Assembly (NCBI GenBank): GCA_023133275.1
Contig: JAGLWU010000021.1
Span: 1,341-65,340 of the forward strand
Length of the DNA: 64,000 nt
Direction: 5' to 3'
From: Candidatus Moraniibacteriota bacterium
Lineage (GTDB): Bacteria; Patescibacteriota; Minisyncoccia; Moranbacterales; GCA-2747515
Part shown: piece after piece, positions 1 to 10,711 of the stretch
Layout of the letters: the number at the start of each line of letters is the position of its first letter
Numbering within the stretch: the stretch's first letter is position 1
Program-made: the position numbers and the translations under genes
The notes under the pieces: model-generated
The model's input: the letters and a program-made list of their open reading frames with translations, nothing else
The model's database searches: none
Told to the model about the DNA's origin: nothing

Positions 1-1682
1 TGACTATTATCAAATTCACCTCGCCCACGATTCACCGCACTTAATTCAAAAGTCGTTAAAATTCCCGTCGCATCAATTTTATTCTTTTCATAAAAATTCA
101 TTAATTTTGGTTGAATTGCCATCACACCATCACTTTCATATTTTTGAATAGCTGTTCGCATTTCTTTTATATAATTTTCATCCGCCTTTACATCGTTGTT
201 CAAAGTTATGATATATTTTATATTTGGATTTAAAAACGCCATTCTCATTCCAATATTATTAGGATTTGCGAAACCAGTATTTTTTTTCAAACGAATAATT
301 GAAACTTGCGGAAAATTATTTTTTATAAAATTAACTGAGTCATCCGTCGATCCGTTGTCCACTAAAATGATTTGAAAATTTTGATCCGTCTGACTTTGCA
401 ATGACTGAAAACAAGTTTCCAAATATTTCTTACCGTTCCAATTTGCAATCACAACTACCGTATCAATTTCTAAATTTTCTGATTTAACTAAATTAATTTC
501 CTGAATTTCATCAATTGCATTTTTCAAAAAGTTATAATATTCATTTTTATTTTTAGAAGAAGTAGTGTATTTTTGCAAAGCAGTTTCAAAAGCCTGTCTT
601 CCCATTTTTTCACGCAAATTTTTATTTTGAATTAAAGTGATTAATTTTTTATACCATTCATTTAAATCACTTGCAATAAAACCATCCTTTCCATCTTGAA
701 TAGATTCTTGAAATGTTTGTGTACCACTCACCACCACAGGATTTTTCACAATCGCTGACTCAAAAAACTTCAACTCAGATTTTGACTCACAAAACGGATC
801 ACCAACCTCCAACGGTGCAATCGTAACATCACATTTTGCTAATTCATGAAAATATTTTTCTCGCCTAATTAAAGATTTCCGAGTAATTTGATTCTCATAT
901 TTTTCAAATTTCTTACTTATTTCCAAAGCTCCCACGAGATAAAGTTGCACATTTTTATTTTCTTTCAAAATTCGCAAAAGCACATCCGACACCACAGCAA
1001 AATCTCGATCATGCGATTTGGAGCCGCTAAAATATCCAATAGTTATTTTTTCATTATTTTTTTTAACATTCCTTCTCGCAAATTTAGCATCTGATAAATC
1101 TTTTTCGGAAAGTTTATTTGGAATTACAAAAACTTTTTTATTGTATTTTTTTAATCGCTCTGCCAAATAAGTAGTCGTAGTAGTCGCAAATTTAACTGCT
1201 GAATTTTCTAACAAAAAATTATTTTCTTCATATTGTTTTTTTTCTAACTCTGTTAAATTTTTATAAGCGTTTGTTTTTTGAAATATTTGTTTTTCAAAAG
1301 TTAAATCATCAGTTTCAAAAATTATTGTTTTTTTATTTTTTTCTAATTTTGAAATAAATTTTTCTAACTTTTCTGTTTTTGTTGCATGATGAAAAATGAA
1401 GACTTGAAATCGTTTTGCTTGTTTTTGTAAAAGCGGACTGGATTGATGAATTATAGAAACTTTAAATTTTTGGTTTTTTAATTCTTCGGCAATGTGAAAG
1501 ACTCTGTGTAATGTACTTGCTCCAGAGGCGCCAGAGGCTACAAATAAAATTTCGCCTCGTCGCACCACCATCATTTTGGAAATTTGAAAAAGTCCTCGCA
1601 GAAACATGGATAATCCTGAGATCAAGCCTTCGTTTTTTACAATTCCAACAACTTTTCCAAATAGTATTGATATTATTTTCAT
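1..1682 (-). CDS. GT4 (GT-B) + GT2 fusion glycosyltransferase, runs off the left edge
   Basis: Read manually from ATG at 1682 (absent from the ORF track): IIFETDDL, GYFSGSKSHDRD, KSELKFFESA (GT4-like), then VVIANWNG..VDNGSTD..NTGFA..LNND (GT2). Confidence 0.85.
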   Translation of the reverse strand, partial: MKIISILFGKVVGIVKNEGLISGLSMFLRGLFQISKMMVVRRGEILFVASGASGASTLHRVFHIAEELKNQKFKVSIIHQSSPLLQKQAKRFQVFIFHHATKTEKLEKFISKLEKNKKTIIFETDDLTFEKQIFQKTNAYKNLTELEKKQYEENNFLLENSAVKFATTTTTYLAERLKKYNKKVFVIPNKLSEKDLSDAKFARRNVKKNNEKITIGYFSGSKSHDRDFAVVSDVLLRILKENKNVQLYLVGALEISKKFEKYENQITRKSLIRREKYFHELAKCDVTIAPLEVGDPFCESKSELKFFESAIVKNPVVVSGTQTFQESIQDGKDGFIASDLNEWYKKLITLIQNKNLREKMGRQAFETALQKYTTSSKNKNEYYNFLKNAIDEIQEINLVKSENLEIDTVVVIANWNGKKYLETCFQSLQSQTDQNFQIILVDNGSTDDSVNFIKNNFPQVSIIRLKKNTGFANPNNIGMRMAFLNPNIKYIITLNNDVKADENYIKEMRTAIQKYESDGVMAIQPKLMNFYEKNKIDATGILTTFELSAVNRGRGEFDNS

Positions 1683-1691
1683 GATTTTATT

Positions 1692-2234
1692 TTAATATTC
1701 TATTTTCAAATTTTTATAAAAACCCCAACTAGCCAAAACATGAACATGAATAATTTCACCACTTTTAATCTTTTTATCAATAATATTCTCCTGAACCCAA
1801 TGATTCAACAAATCCTCTTCAGTAGCATCTCGATTCCCTTTCAAATCAGCCACTTCCAAATCTTCCGCCAAAAATACATACATAAAAGATTTTGAACGTC
1901 GATTATTCATCAAATACTTACCAATTTGAGTCAATTTATTGCTCTTATAACCCAATTCCTCCATCAACTCCCTATTAGCACCGTCTTCAATATTTTCACC
2001 ACAAGGAACAAACCCACCAGGAAATTGATAAAGACTTTTTCTTATTGGATAAGAAAATTCTTTTTGCAAATTAATTTTGCCCTCTTCATTTCTACAAATA
2101 ATCGTTACACAATCACCTTTATCTTCAAATAATAAATATTTACTTTTCGTTCCATTAGGTAACTGAATATCATCCTCGATCAAAGTTAATCGAGAATGTT
2201 CAAATATCTTTTTAGAATTTAAAGTTTTCCACAT
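1692..2234 (-). CDS. NUDIX hydrolase (ADP-ribose pyrophosphatase-like)
   Basis: Nudix box GGFVPCGENIEDGANRELMEELGY. Confidence 0.9.
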   Translation of the reverse strand: MWKTLNSKKIFEHSRLTLIEDDIQLPNGTKSKYLLFEDKGDCVTIICRNEEGKINLQKEFSYPIRKSLYQFPGGFVPCGENIEDGANRELMEELGYKSNKLTQIGKYLMNNRRSKSFMYVFLAEDLEVADLKGNRDATEEDLLNHWVQENIIDKKIKSGEIIHVHVLASWGFYKNLKIEY

Positions 2235-2255
2235 ATTTTTTTAATTAAAAATTCA

Positions 2256-4220
2256 CTACTCAAAAATCTGTCTCCACAAATATCTAACTTGAGCACTCGA
2301 GCTAAATTTTGGATCACGATCTTTCGGTTTAAAAACTTTTCTATCATCCGTAATAAATTCCCCTTTCGGCTTCAATTCATACAAAGTCAAAGTCCCAAAA
2401 ACTTTTTTCTCCACGACATCCATCCCCACAACAAATTTCTCCAAATAATTTTTCGCATTAGATTGCGTACGAATAATAATAAAATAATTCCCCTCACGAT
2501 ATAAAGGCTTCAAATCACCTGAAATATGATCACGTGGAATATCACGCACATCAATCCGCTCCCAAAACGCCCGTTTAAATTCCGCCTGTGCATCCAAAAA
2601 AATCGGGTAATTATTTTCTTCATACTTACTGACCATATACTCAACAATTTCTTCCATCTGTTCCAAAGTCATTCGATTCTTCTCCTTCAAAATATGATCA
2701 GTTTTAATTCTCAAATCTGGATTACTTTTTGCCTGCGACAATTCATTGAAATACAAAAATACAAAAATTAAATTAGAAATTATAAAACCAGCAGTAATTA
2801 ACCAAATAATAATTCGCAAATATTTATTTTTACTTTGCGAAACAACTTTCAAAACCATTCCCCACAAAACTAAAACTAACGGACCGCTGAGCAAAAAAAA
2901 TCTCGGTGCTAAATCATAAGACAACGGAATGTATGCCATAAAATTAATCCCCAGCCATAAAAGAATTATTATTAAAAAGTTTTTTCTCTCATCTTTTTTT
3001 TCTTTCCAATAAAGATAAACCCCTGAAATTAAACCTAACAATAATATCACAAAAGAAATGATTCCTCTAAAAAATCCGTCTTTACAATCTTGATCACATT
3101 TAATATCCTTATCGCTAATTTGAGGCAATTCCGCTCGCTGATCGCCTGTTAAAATTAACCAATTATATTGTGTGTGTTCTCCACCATTTCGCACAAATTT
3201 TTCAAAAAGAGAGTGTTTATTAATTTCTTTTCCAGTTTCTGGATCAAGTATTTTTTTATCAGATTTTTTTAAAACAGCTGAAATAAAAGCCTTGTAATTT
3301 TCACCGTCAGTTTTAATATCGTTAATAATCAAAGGAATATTCAGAAAAATAAAAATCGCAATTGCTCCCAGCCAATATTTCAAAGCAATTTGTGGTCGTG
3401 TCCAAATAAGATAAACAACTGCTACAACTGGTGCAATCGTAAAAGCTAAAAAGTGCATATTACTCAAAAACGCCAAAGAAATACTTACCACCATCAACCA
3501 CCAACCATTTTGTTTTTTAGGATTATTTTGAAAATGATTAGAAACACTTTCAACTTTTTTTTCAATAATGTTTAAACTTTTTGCGACAAACCTTGTAAAT
3601 TTATTTTTGCAACAATCACTTTCTACAATAATTTTAAATTGCCTGAAAAAATTTAAAGTTCTACCTAAACAATTTTTATTCTTACTTGTAGCTTGCAATA
3701 AACTATACACAAAAGCTAGCATGAAAAAAGGCATTAAATTTGGATTCCACCCAAAGCGACTGTAAGTTACGAAAAAAATTGAGACTGAAAAAATTGTCAT
3801 CAATGCTAAAGAAATTTTTTGATTGAAAAATTCTCGCACAAAAATATAAAAAAGTGGAATGGTCAAAAATGAAAAAATTAAAATTAAGACAATGCTGCCC
3901 ACTGGAGTGTCGCCAAAAATTAATGCACTAACATATTCCATGTAATAAAAAAGCGGTCCTAAACGTAATGTTGTTTTGTCATCAGCAATGTCAGATCCTT
4001 TTGATTTAATCATTACATTCCCCGCTGCTTTTGGTCCTTGTAACGGAAGTTCGCCAACACCGTATTTTATCGCAGAATGGATAATTCGAAAATCTCGTGC
4101 TTGATCTAGCTGATAATGCATCCAGTCATTGAATTTGAATGCTCGCAAAAAAAATCCTAAACTTAAAATTACGATAAAAATTATAGCGATTTTATTTTTT
4201 TTGAATGTATTTTTTTTCAT
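2256..4220 (-). CDS. GT-C (ArnT/PMT_2-like) polytopic glycosyltransferase
   Basis: Many TM segments; DQARD, LGPLFYY and WNPN motifs shared with 11723..13843 and 14626..16488. Confidence 0.8.
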   Translation of the reverse strand: MKKNTFKKNKIAIIFIVILSLGFFLRAFKFNDWMHYQLDQARDFRIIHSAIKYGVGELPLQGPKAAGNVMIKSKGSDIADDKTTLRLGPLFYYMEYVSALIFGDTPVGSIVLILIFSFLTIPLFYIFVREFFNQKISLALMTIFSVSIFFVTYSRFGWNPNLMPFFMLAFVYSLLQATSKNKNCLGRTLNFFRQFKIIVESDCCKNKFTRFVAKSLNIIEKKVESVSNHFQNNPKKQNGWWLMVVSISLAFLSNMHFLAFTIAPVVAVVYLIWTRPQIALKYWLGAIAIFIFLNIPLIINDIKTDGENYKAFISAVLKKSDKKILDPETGKEINKHSLFEKFVRNGGEHTQYNWLILTGDQRAELPQISDKDIKCDQDCKDGFFRGIISFVILLLGLISGVYLYWKEKKDERKNFLIIILLWLGINFMAYIPLSYDLAPRFFLLSGPLVLVLWGMVLKVVSQSKNKYLRIIIWLITAGFIISNLIFVFLYFNELSQAKSNPDLRIKTDHILKEKNRMTLEQMEEIVEYMVSKYEENNYPIFLDAQAEFKRAFWERIDVRDIPRDHISGDLKPLYREGNYFIIIRTQSNAKNYLEKFVVGMDVVEKKVFGTLTLYELKPKGEFITDDRKVFKPKDRDPKFSSSAQVRYLWRQIFE

Positions 4221-4255
4221 AGAAAATTTTAGTAAATTAATCTAATTATCTTCAA

Positions 4256-5833
4256 TTAGAAAAACTTTTTTATAAACCAATTATCACAGTCAACATCCAC
4301 TCTTGAATTTTCTTGAGTAACTTTAGGACAATCATTATCATTTATAATTTTGATGTCTAATGAATTCTCTATCTCAAAAAAAGGAATACTTACATTTTTA
4401 AAATTAATATTATTTATATCCTTTAATTTTACAAAAATTTTCTCTCCTTCAACCTGAATATTTTTAAATAATACACCATTAACTTTATTTTTAAATCCCT
4501 TAAATCTAATAATCGTCTTTTTCCCATTATTAATAATTTTAATATCACAAAACTCAATATTTCTCATTTCAGGCTCCTTAGTTGTTTCAGAGTCTTCACC
4601 ACCATAACGAAAATTTATTTTTATAGCTTCTTTATCAGAATTTTTAATAAGAATATTTCTAAATACTACATTTTCTATTATACCACTTCTACCAGCTTTA
4701 GTTTTTATTCTTAAACCGTTATTAGATTTTTCAACTATCAAATCTTCAACAAATACATTTCTAACATCACCAGACATTTCACTTCCAATCGTAACTGCTC
4801 CATGACTTTCTTCAACGATATTATTTCTAATCACAATATTTTCGGATGACTTGCCTACTCTCCAACCATCTTTATCCCTTCCAGATTTTATTACAATTGC
4901 ATCATCCCCGCTTCTAATATTGTTATTTTCAATTAATACATTTTTTGATGAATCTATTGCAATCCCATCAGTATTTGGAGCACTCGTTTCTATATTTACA
5001 TTCCGTATAATCAAATTTTCTGTATACAAAGAATGAATTGTCCACATAGGACCATCCTTAACAGTAACATTTTCAATTAATACATTTTTTGAATTATAAG
5101 GCTGTATGAAAGAAGTTCTTATATAATCATCAACTTTACCAAAAATTCTATTTTCTACTGCGACATCTTCCAAAAACATATTGTATAATCTTCTTTTTGC
5201 CTCAGTTTCCTTTTCTTTAAAATCATTCCAACCATTAGGATTATTATTTTTTTGAATAATTCCTTTTCCTGTAATAGCTACATTCACACAATCAGGTATA
5301 TATATCATGAGCGAAAAATTCATTAATTCCATCCCTTCATAACGAGTTTTTACAACTGGAATATAATCGGTTGGCTCTGAAGAAAAAGTAATTATTGACC
5401 CTTCTTCTAAAAATAAGTTAATATTACTTTTAAAGTGAATTGGACCATTAAGCAGCCATTCACCAACTGGAACTTTTACTGTCCCACCCCCTTTATTTGA
5501 ACAATCTTCAATGGCTTTTTTAAAAGATTCTACATTGTGATTTTCAACTTCACTGTTAATTTTTATAGCACCGTAATCAGAAATATTACAAATATTATTT
5601 GGAAATATTGGAGAACTAATATTTTCAACAAAATCAACGAAAGTTAAATCTATTTCAACATATTTACTGCTTAAGTCACTATTTAAATCAATATCTTCTT
5701 TTGTAAACTTATTCTTAGTATTATTTATAAAAATAAAACAAAGTAAGCTAATTAATACAATTATAAAGTAAACTAAATAATTGGAATTTAAAAATTTTTT
5801 AATTTTTTCTTTTAGCATAAAAAATTTAATCAT
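4256..5833 (-). CDS. Glycoside hydrolase family 28 (polygalacturonase-like), N-terminal membrane anchor
   Basis: GH28 motifs NTDG, GDD, SHG, RIK; hydrophobic N-terminal helix. Confidence 0.9.
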   Translation of the reverse strand: MIKFFMLKEKIKKFLNSNYLVYFIIVLISLLCFIFINNTKNKFTKEDIDLNSDLSSKYVEIDLTFVDFVENISSPIFPNNICNISDYGAIKINSEVENHNVESFKKAIEDCSNKGGGTVKVPVGEWLLNGPIHFKSNINLFLEEGSIITFSSEPTDYIPVVKTRYEGMELMNFSLMIYIPDCVNVAITGKGIIQKNNNPNGWNDFKEKETEAKRRLYNMFLEDVAVENRIFGKVDDYIRTSFIQPYNSKNVLIENVTVKDGPMWTIHSLYTENLIIRNVNIETSAPNTDGIAIDSSKNVLIENNNIRSGDDAIVIKSGRDKDGWRVGKSSENIVIRNNIVEESHGAVTIGSEMSGDVRNVFVEDLIVEKSNNGLRIKTKAGRSGIIENVVFRNILIKNSDKEAIKINFRYGGEDSETTKEPEMRNIEFCDIKIINNGKKTIIRFKGFKNKVNGVLFKNIQVEGEKIFVKLKDINNINFKNVSIPFFEIENSLDIKIINDNDCPKVTQENSRVDVDCDNWFIKKFF

Positions 5834-5845
5834 TTTAAAAATTAA

Positions 5846-7144
5846 CTACAAAAACACATTAATATCCTTATTTACAAAAATAACATAAGAAATAATTAAA
5901 GAAAGAACACCTCCGTAAACAATTTGATAATTCAACGATTTAGTCTTATGTCTCACAGTAATAAAAGTCAAAATCAAAGGAATAATATAATACCTAAATT
6001 CAAATAACCAATGCAATGAAAGAAATAAAAAGGAAAAAGGAATAATTAAAGAATATTTATTCTTAATAAATGGCTTAGTAAAAAAATATCCAATTGCTAA
6101 AACAAAGAGTGAATATCCAAATATTGAAAAAAATAAATTCTCCTGCAAATAATACAACACCCAATTGTGCATAAATCTAAGTTTCACATTATAAACATGC
6201 GGTTCCAAAACTAAAGTTCTAACAAAAACAAAATACCCAGTGAACATCAAAACTAAAGTAATTATTGATCTTTTTAAATCTCTAAAATAAAAGTTATAAA
6301 TCTTTTTAATATTAGAAATAACGACTGGAAAAAACATAAATGAAAATAATATTAGAAATCCATAAATATTCCCAAAATGAAGACTCATCGATGGATGTCT
6401 GGATTTATCACCTGTCGCTATCCCCTCATTGAAAACATAAAACATAACAAATAAAAACATAACCACAAAATATGATGCACTTTTAGAAATAAAATCCACA
6501 AGAAGACTCTTATTTATTTTTTTATCATTTTCAACAAAAATATCTAATGCCAATAAAGTCATTAACAAGCCTAACCACAATATATTATCCTGACGTACTA
6601 ATAAAGATAATAATAAAAATAAAGCCGACGCATCATAACGCTTATATAAATAAAATACAAAAGCAGAACTAACGAGAACTAATGACCAAACATCCGTATA
6701 AACCAAAAAAAACAACGGTGCTAAAGTTGGCACTGATAAAATAGCTAATATTGTTCGTTGATTTTGCTTAAGTTTTTTATTAGCAAAGAATAAAACAATT
6801 GGCAAAAGTAAAGCTAAAATAACTTGAAAAACTCGAAGCCATTGATCGCTTGGATGTCCTTTTTTTGTTTTATAATCAATAAAAGGATCTGCAATCTTTC
6901 CTATAAAAGCTAGTGTATAATGATAACCTGGTATTGTTGTTAGCTGTTTAACGGGTCTATTAGTTTCTCCTCTGAAAATTCTTTTAACTTGCAAAGTGTG
7001 AGAATTTTCATCTGTAAATCTACCAGGTGCTAATTTGTAAACATACATTGCCCCACCTGTAATTAAAATTAGTGCAATCACTAAAATTATTTTTTCTAAA
7101 TCATCTCTCATTATAAACTTTTTGATTTGCTCTATTTTTTGCAT
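5846..7144 (-). CDS. ALG10/DIE2-like GT-C glucosyltransferase homolog
   Basis: Motifs DENSH..Q, LTTIPGY, YTDVWS, RQDNILW, GIATGDKSRH, EFRYYIIP in the order recalled for ALG10. Confidence 0.7.
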   Translation of the reverse strand: MQKIEQIKKFIMRDDLEKIILVIALILITGGAMYVYKLAPGRFTDENSHTLQVKRIFRGETNRPVKQLTTIPGYHYTLAFIGKIADPFIDYKTKKGHPSDQWLRVFQVILALLLPIVLFFANKKLKQNQRTILAILSVPTLAPLFFLVYTDVWSLVLVSSAFVFYLYKRYDASALFLLLSLLVRQDNILWLGLLMTLLALDIFVENDKKINKSLLVDFISKSASYFVVMFLFVMFYVFNEGIATGDKSRHPSMSLHFGNIYGFLILFSFMFFPVVISNIKKIYNFYFRDLKRSIITLVLMFTGYFVFVRTLVLEPHVYNVKLRFMHNWVLYYLQENLFFSIFGYSLFVLAIGYFFTKPFIKNKYSLIIPFSFLFLSLHWLFEFRYYIIPLILTFITVRHKTKSLNYQIVYGGVLSLIISYVIFVNKDINVFL

Positions 7145-7278
7145 GTTTTTAACTTTATTAATTATTTTTTCTAATTTTAAATTATTTTTCTATTTTATCA
7201 CATTCTGACATATTAACTACCTTACACGTTCTTATAACAAATTTTTTTACAAAAATGATTATTCTATAAAATTAGGTG

Positions 7279-8913
7279 TTAAATTTCTAATTTTTTATCC
7301 ATATTATTCTGTATCCACCTATAAACACTAATCCGTCCTCGAACTAATGATGAATCCGTAACTTTCTCAAAATTATCATCAAAATATTCTCTCGCTTCTT
7401 TTGTAATAAAATCCCTATCATTATCAGAAAAAACCACCCAACCGCTCGGATTTTCACTAACGATTTCTTTAACATATTCAAGAGTAATTTTATGAACTTT
7501 CCCCTCTTTCTCAATATCCTCCACGCTCCGCTCAGAACCAAAATCAAAAACAGGAATATCCAACTTATTATAATAATAATTCCGAAAATTACGAGTAATC
7601 ATTACGTCGCCCTTCTGATAATTTCTTTTCACATAATCAAAAACTTTCCTGTAATTTGGCGTGTCTGACGAAGAAGTTAAATGGTAAGTATTATTTTCTT
7701 GAAAAAAATAACTAACATTCAAAGTTAAAATTAAAAATATTCCAACAATAATTGACATCCATTGTTTTTCATTCAGTTTAATCTTTTTACTGAAAATTTT
7801 AATTGAACGAGAAGAAATTGTTTCAACAATAAATTTAGCTAAAACGAAAATTCCACTTGCTGTTAAAATTAAACCGAAACTTTGAATAAAGAAAATATAT
7901 TGAGGTCCAACATTTCTCGCCCAGACAAAAACTGCTGCTAACAATATTGCCATAAAATTTAAAAATATCCACAATCCACTTTTCGAGATTTCTTTTTTAC
8001 GCATTAAATACCACGATCCCATAAACATTAAAAACCACCCAACTACAGCATTCCCATAATTTAAACCAATATGATTAAAATAATTCCAATGATCCTCAAA
8101 GAAAACTAAAGTTTTTTTAAGCCATTCGAATTGTGTTTTCGCCGCTATAGAAAAAATCACAATAACAAAAATCATTCCCGTAACATAAAAAATGTAACGA
8201 TTTAATTTATTCTTTTTTCTGTATTCAACAAAAAATCTAATCAAACAATAGACAAAAATCGCCAAAGTAATATTTCCAGTCAATTGATGTAAATGTGCAG
8301 CTAATAATCCAAAAAATAAAACTGGCAACAAATAAACCCACCTGAAATTAAAAAAAGACTTAAATAAAGTTTTTGTTTTCTGTTTACTTATTTCTATAAA
8401 TTGAAAAATTGTCCAAGATAATATTAAAAATATCGGTGCAAACATTGAGTACATTCTGATTTTTCGATTTATTTCAATGGCTGGCACGCTCGTCGCCCAG
8501 AGAAATGCTGAAATTAGTGCGATCCAACGATTTTTTGTGAAACTTAATGTTACAAAATATAAAATTGCAATGGTAAAAATTCCCCACAACGCACTGACCA
8601 AACGAATTGTAAATTCTGTTGGTGGAAAATACTTAAATTTGTACAATTGACTAACTTGCCATCGGTAAACCCACGCTCTTTTGTCGCTTAATTTATTATC
8701 ACGGACGCTTTCTTGATTGTGATTGAAATCCCATGCTTGCCACTCTCCTAGTTTGTGATAACCGTAAGTTGCGTTTACGTCTAAAAATTCATCAGCGACA
8801 AATGAGTTTTCTCCTAAATTATATAATCGTAAAAATGATCCTAATATTATTACTGTTAATAAAGCAACGTAAATATATTTGTAATTTTTTAATTCGTTTA
8901 AGATTTTGTTCAT
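7279..8913 (-). CDS. GT-C (PMT_2-like) glycosyltransferase
   Basis: RLYNLGENSFVADE, EFTIRLVSAL, IRMYS; multi-TM. Confidence 0.8.
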   Translation of the reverse strand: MNKILNELKNYKYIYVALLTVIILGSFLRLYNLGENSFVADEFLDVNATYGYHKLGEWQAWDFNHNQESVRDNKLSDKRAWVYRWQVSQLYKFKYFPPTEFTIRLVSALWGIFTIAILYFVTLSFTKNRWIALISAFLWATSVPAIEINRKIRMYSMFAPIFLILSWTIFQFIEISKQKTKTLFKSFFNFRWVYLLPVLFFGLLAAHLHQLTGNITLAIFVYCLIRFFVEYRKKNKLNRYIFYVTGMIFVIVIFSIAAKTQFEWLKKTLVFFEDHWNYFNHIGLNYGNAVVGWFLMFMGSWYLMRKKEISKSGLWIFLNFMAILLAAVFVWARNVGPQYIFFIQSFGLILTASGIFVLAKFIVETISSRSIKIFSKKIKLNEKQWMSIIVGIFLILTLNVSYFFQENNTYHLTSSSDTPNYRKVFDYVKRNYQKGDVMITRNFRNYYYNKLDIPVFDFGSERSVEDIEKEGKVHKITLEYVKEIVSENPSGWVVFSDNDRDFITKEAREYFDDNFEKVTDSSLVRGRISVYRWIQNNMDKKLEI

Positions 8914-8931
8914 AAGTTTAAAAATTAATTT

Positions 8932-9585
8932 TTATAATTTTCCTTCCCATTCTTTATAAAACTCATCTAAATATTGTTTCATAAATTCATGTCTGTGTTC
9001 AGCAATTTTTCTACCAGTCTCTGTATTCATTCGATCTTTTAATAATAAAAGCTTTTCATAAAAATGATTAACAGTTGTAGAGTTTCCTTTTTTATATTCT
9101 TCTTTATTCATATTGAGATTCGACTTTATACTTGGATCATGAAGAGGACTATTTATATATCCTCCATAATTAAAAGTTCTTGCAATTCCCATTGCGCCCA
9201 TCGCATCTAGTCTATCTGCATCTTGAACAACACCTAATTCAAGAGATTTAAAATTTTGAACATAACTACCTCCTTTGAAAGAGATATTATCAATAATCTT
9301 TCCAATATGATCAATAATCTCTTCATCAACATTAAGCGACTGCAAAAAATTTCTTGCTTTTTTTGGACCAATTGTCTCATCTCCATCATGAAATTTTGAA
9401 TCTGCAATGTCGTGAAGTAACGCACCTAATTCAACAATAAATAAATTAACTTTTTCATCTTTAGCGATGTGTTTTGATAATTTCCAAACACGATAAATAT
9501 GCCACCAATCATGACCGCTTTCAGCATTTTTCAATTCTTCTTTTACAAATTCTATCGTTTTATCTATTACTTTAGCTTTATCCAT
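8932..9585 (-). CDS. HD-domain phosphohydrolase (YedJ/YpgQ-like)
   Basis: HDWWHI, LLHDIAD, QDADRLDA, HFYEKLL. Confidence 0.9.
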   Translation of the reverse strand: MDKAKVIDKTIEFVKEELKNAESGHDWWHIYRVWKLSKHIAKDEKVNLFIVELGALLHDIADSKFHDGDETIGPKKARNFLQSLNVDEEIIDHIGKIIDNISFKGGSYVQNFKSLELGVVQDADRLDAMGAMGIARTFNYGGYINSPLHDPSIKSNLNMNKEEYKKGNSTTVNHFYEKLLLLKDRMNTETGRKIAEHRHEFMKQYLDEFYKEWEGKL

Positions 9586-9630
9586 TTTTTTAATAACTTT
9601 TTAATTTAATTAAAATAAATTTCTAAAAAT

Positions 9631-10614
9631 TTACTCAAATTCATTCTCAAAATCAATCTCTATTTTACCACCATTTTCCAAATCAGTGTAGAACATCTTA
9701 ACATCCATTTCTCCATCCTCAATAATTAATTCGTAAAAAGATCCTGGATATTCTAAACTTTTTTTAGTTCCTGTAAAAGAATAATATTTAACATCATTTT
9801 TTTCTCTGAAATAATTAAATTCAATATGTCCACTAAATATTGCCTTGACATTATACTTTTCAAGCAACTCTATTAAATGTTCTCCATTCCCCACAACTCT
9901 ATCAATTCCCTCACCTCTCCCCAAAGCAGGCTGATGTGTAAAAACAAAAACCTGTTTATCAGTTTGCAAATACGGTTCTAACCAAGTGAAAATATGATCA
10001 GGGATATGTCCACCAATCGAAGAATGTCCCGGCTCTGAAGTACTTTCATCAGGAAAAAAATTTGTATCCATAATTATAAAACGATAATCACCTTGATCAA
10101 TAATTTGATTTTCACTTTCTAAATTTAACGTTTCTCGAAATTGCGTTTTAGTAACACTTCTCAAATCATGATTTCCCACCACAAGATAAACTGGTGAACC
10201 AACTCTGCTCAATTCTTTCTTTACTAATTGTATTCCCATAATGCTGACAAAATCTTTATCATTAGTTCCCTCAACAATATCGCCTAAATGAAAAATTAAA
10301 TCTGGCTGGAATATTTTCATTTGTTCGTTAAATTCATTCAAAGGTTTTATGTTTTTTTCTGAAAGGTAACGAGGTGCGTCATCTGCTTTATTTTCTCGAA
10401 CGATTCTTTTGGCGTGAACGTGGGTGTCGGTTATTATTCCGATTTTTATGTCTTGTTGGGTTTTGATTTTTCGTTCCCAAATTGGTTTTAGTTTTGGTAA
10501 TGGGAAAAATCCTCGATGTTCGTAGTCGGGCGTGTCGTATTTATTGAAGTACCAAAGACTTGCTCCGCCAACTGGTATTAGGAATATGAATAATGTTAGG
10601 ATTATTTTTTTCAT
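9631..10614 (-). CDS. Calcineurin-like metallophosphoesterase, membrane-anchored or secreted
   Basis: DTH, GD, GNHD, HQP, GHIE motifs; N-terminal hydrophobic segment. Confidence 0.88.
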   Translation of the reverse strand: MKKIILTLFIFLIPVGGASLWYFNKYDTPDYEHRGFFPLPKLKPIWERKIKTQQDIKIGIITDTHVHAKRIVRENKADDAPRYLSEKNIKPLNEFNEQMKIFQPDLIFHLGDIVEGTNDKDFVSIMGIQLVKKELSRVGSPVYLVVGNHDLRSVTKTQFRETLNLESENQIIDQGDYRFIIMDTNFFPDESTSEPGHSSIGGHIPDHIFTWLEPYLQTDKQVFVFTHQPALGRGEGIDRVVGNGEHLIELLEKYNVKAIFSGHIEFNYFREKNDVKYYSFTGTKKSLEYPGSFYELIIEDGEMDVKMFYTDLENGGKIEIDFENEFE

Positions 10615-10676
10615 GTTTTTTTGGTAATGTTTAATGTGTTTATTATATCATAGTTATGTTTTTTGTTTTTTTGGAT

Positions 10677-10711
10677 AAAAAAAGTAGGCACTCAGAAATC
10701 TAAGTGCCTAC
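10677..10711 (-). terminator. Intrinsic terminator after the 11639-10700 ORF pair
   Basis: Minus strand GTAGGCACTTAG-attt-CTGAGTGCCTAC followed by a T run. Confidence 0.8.
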
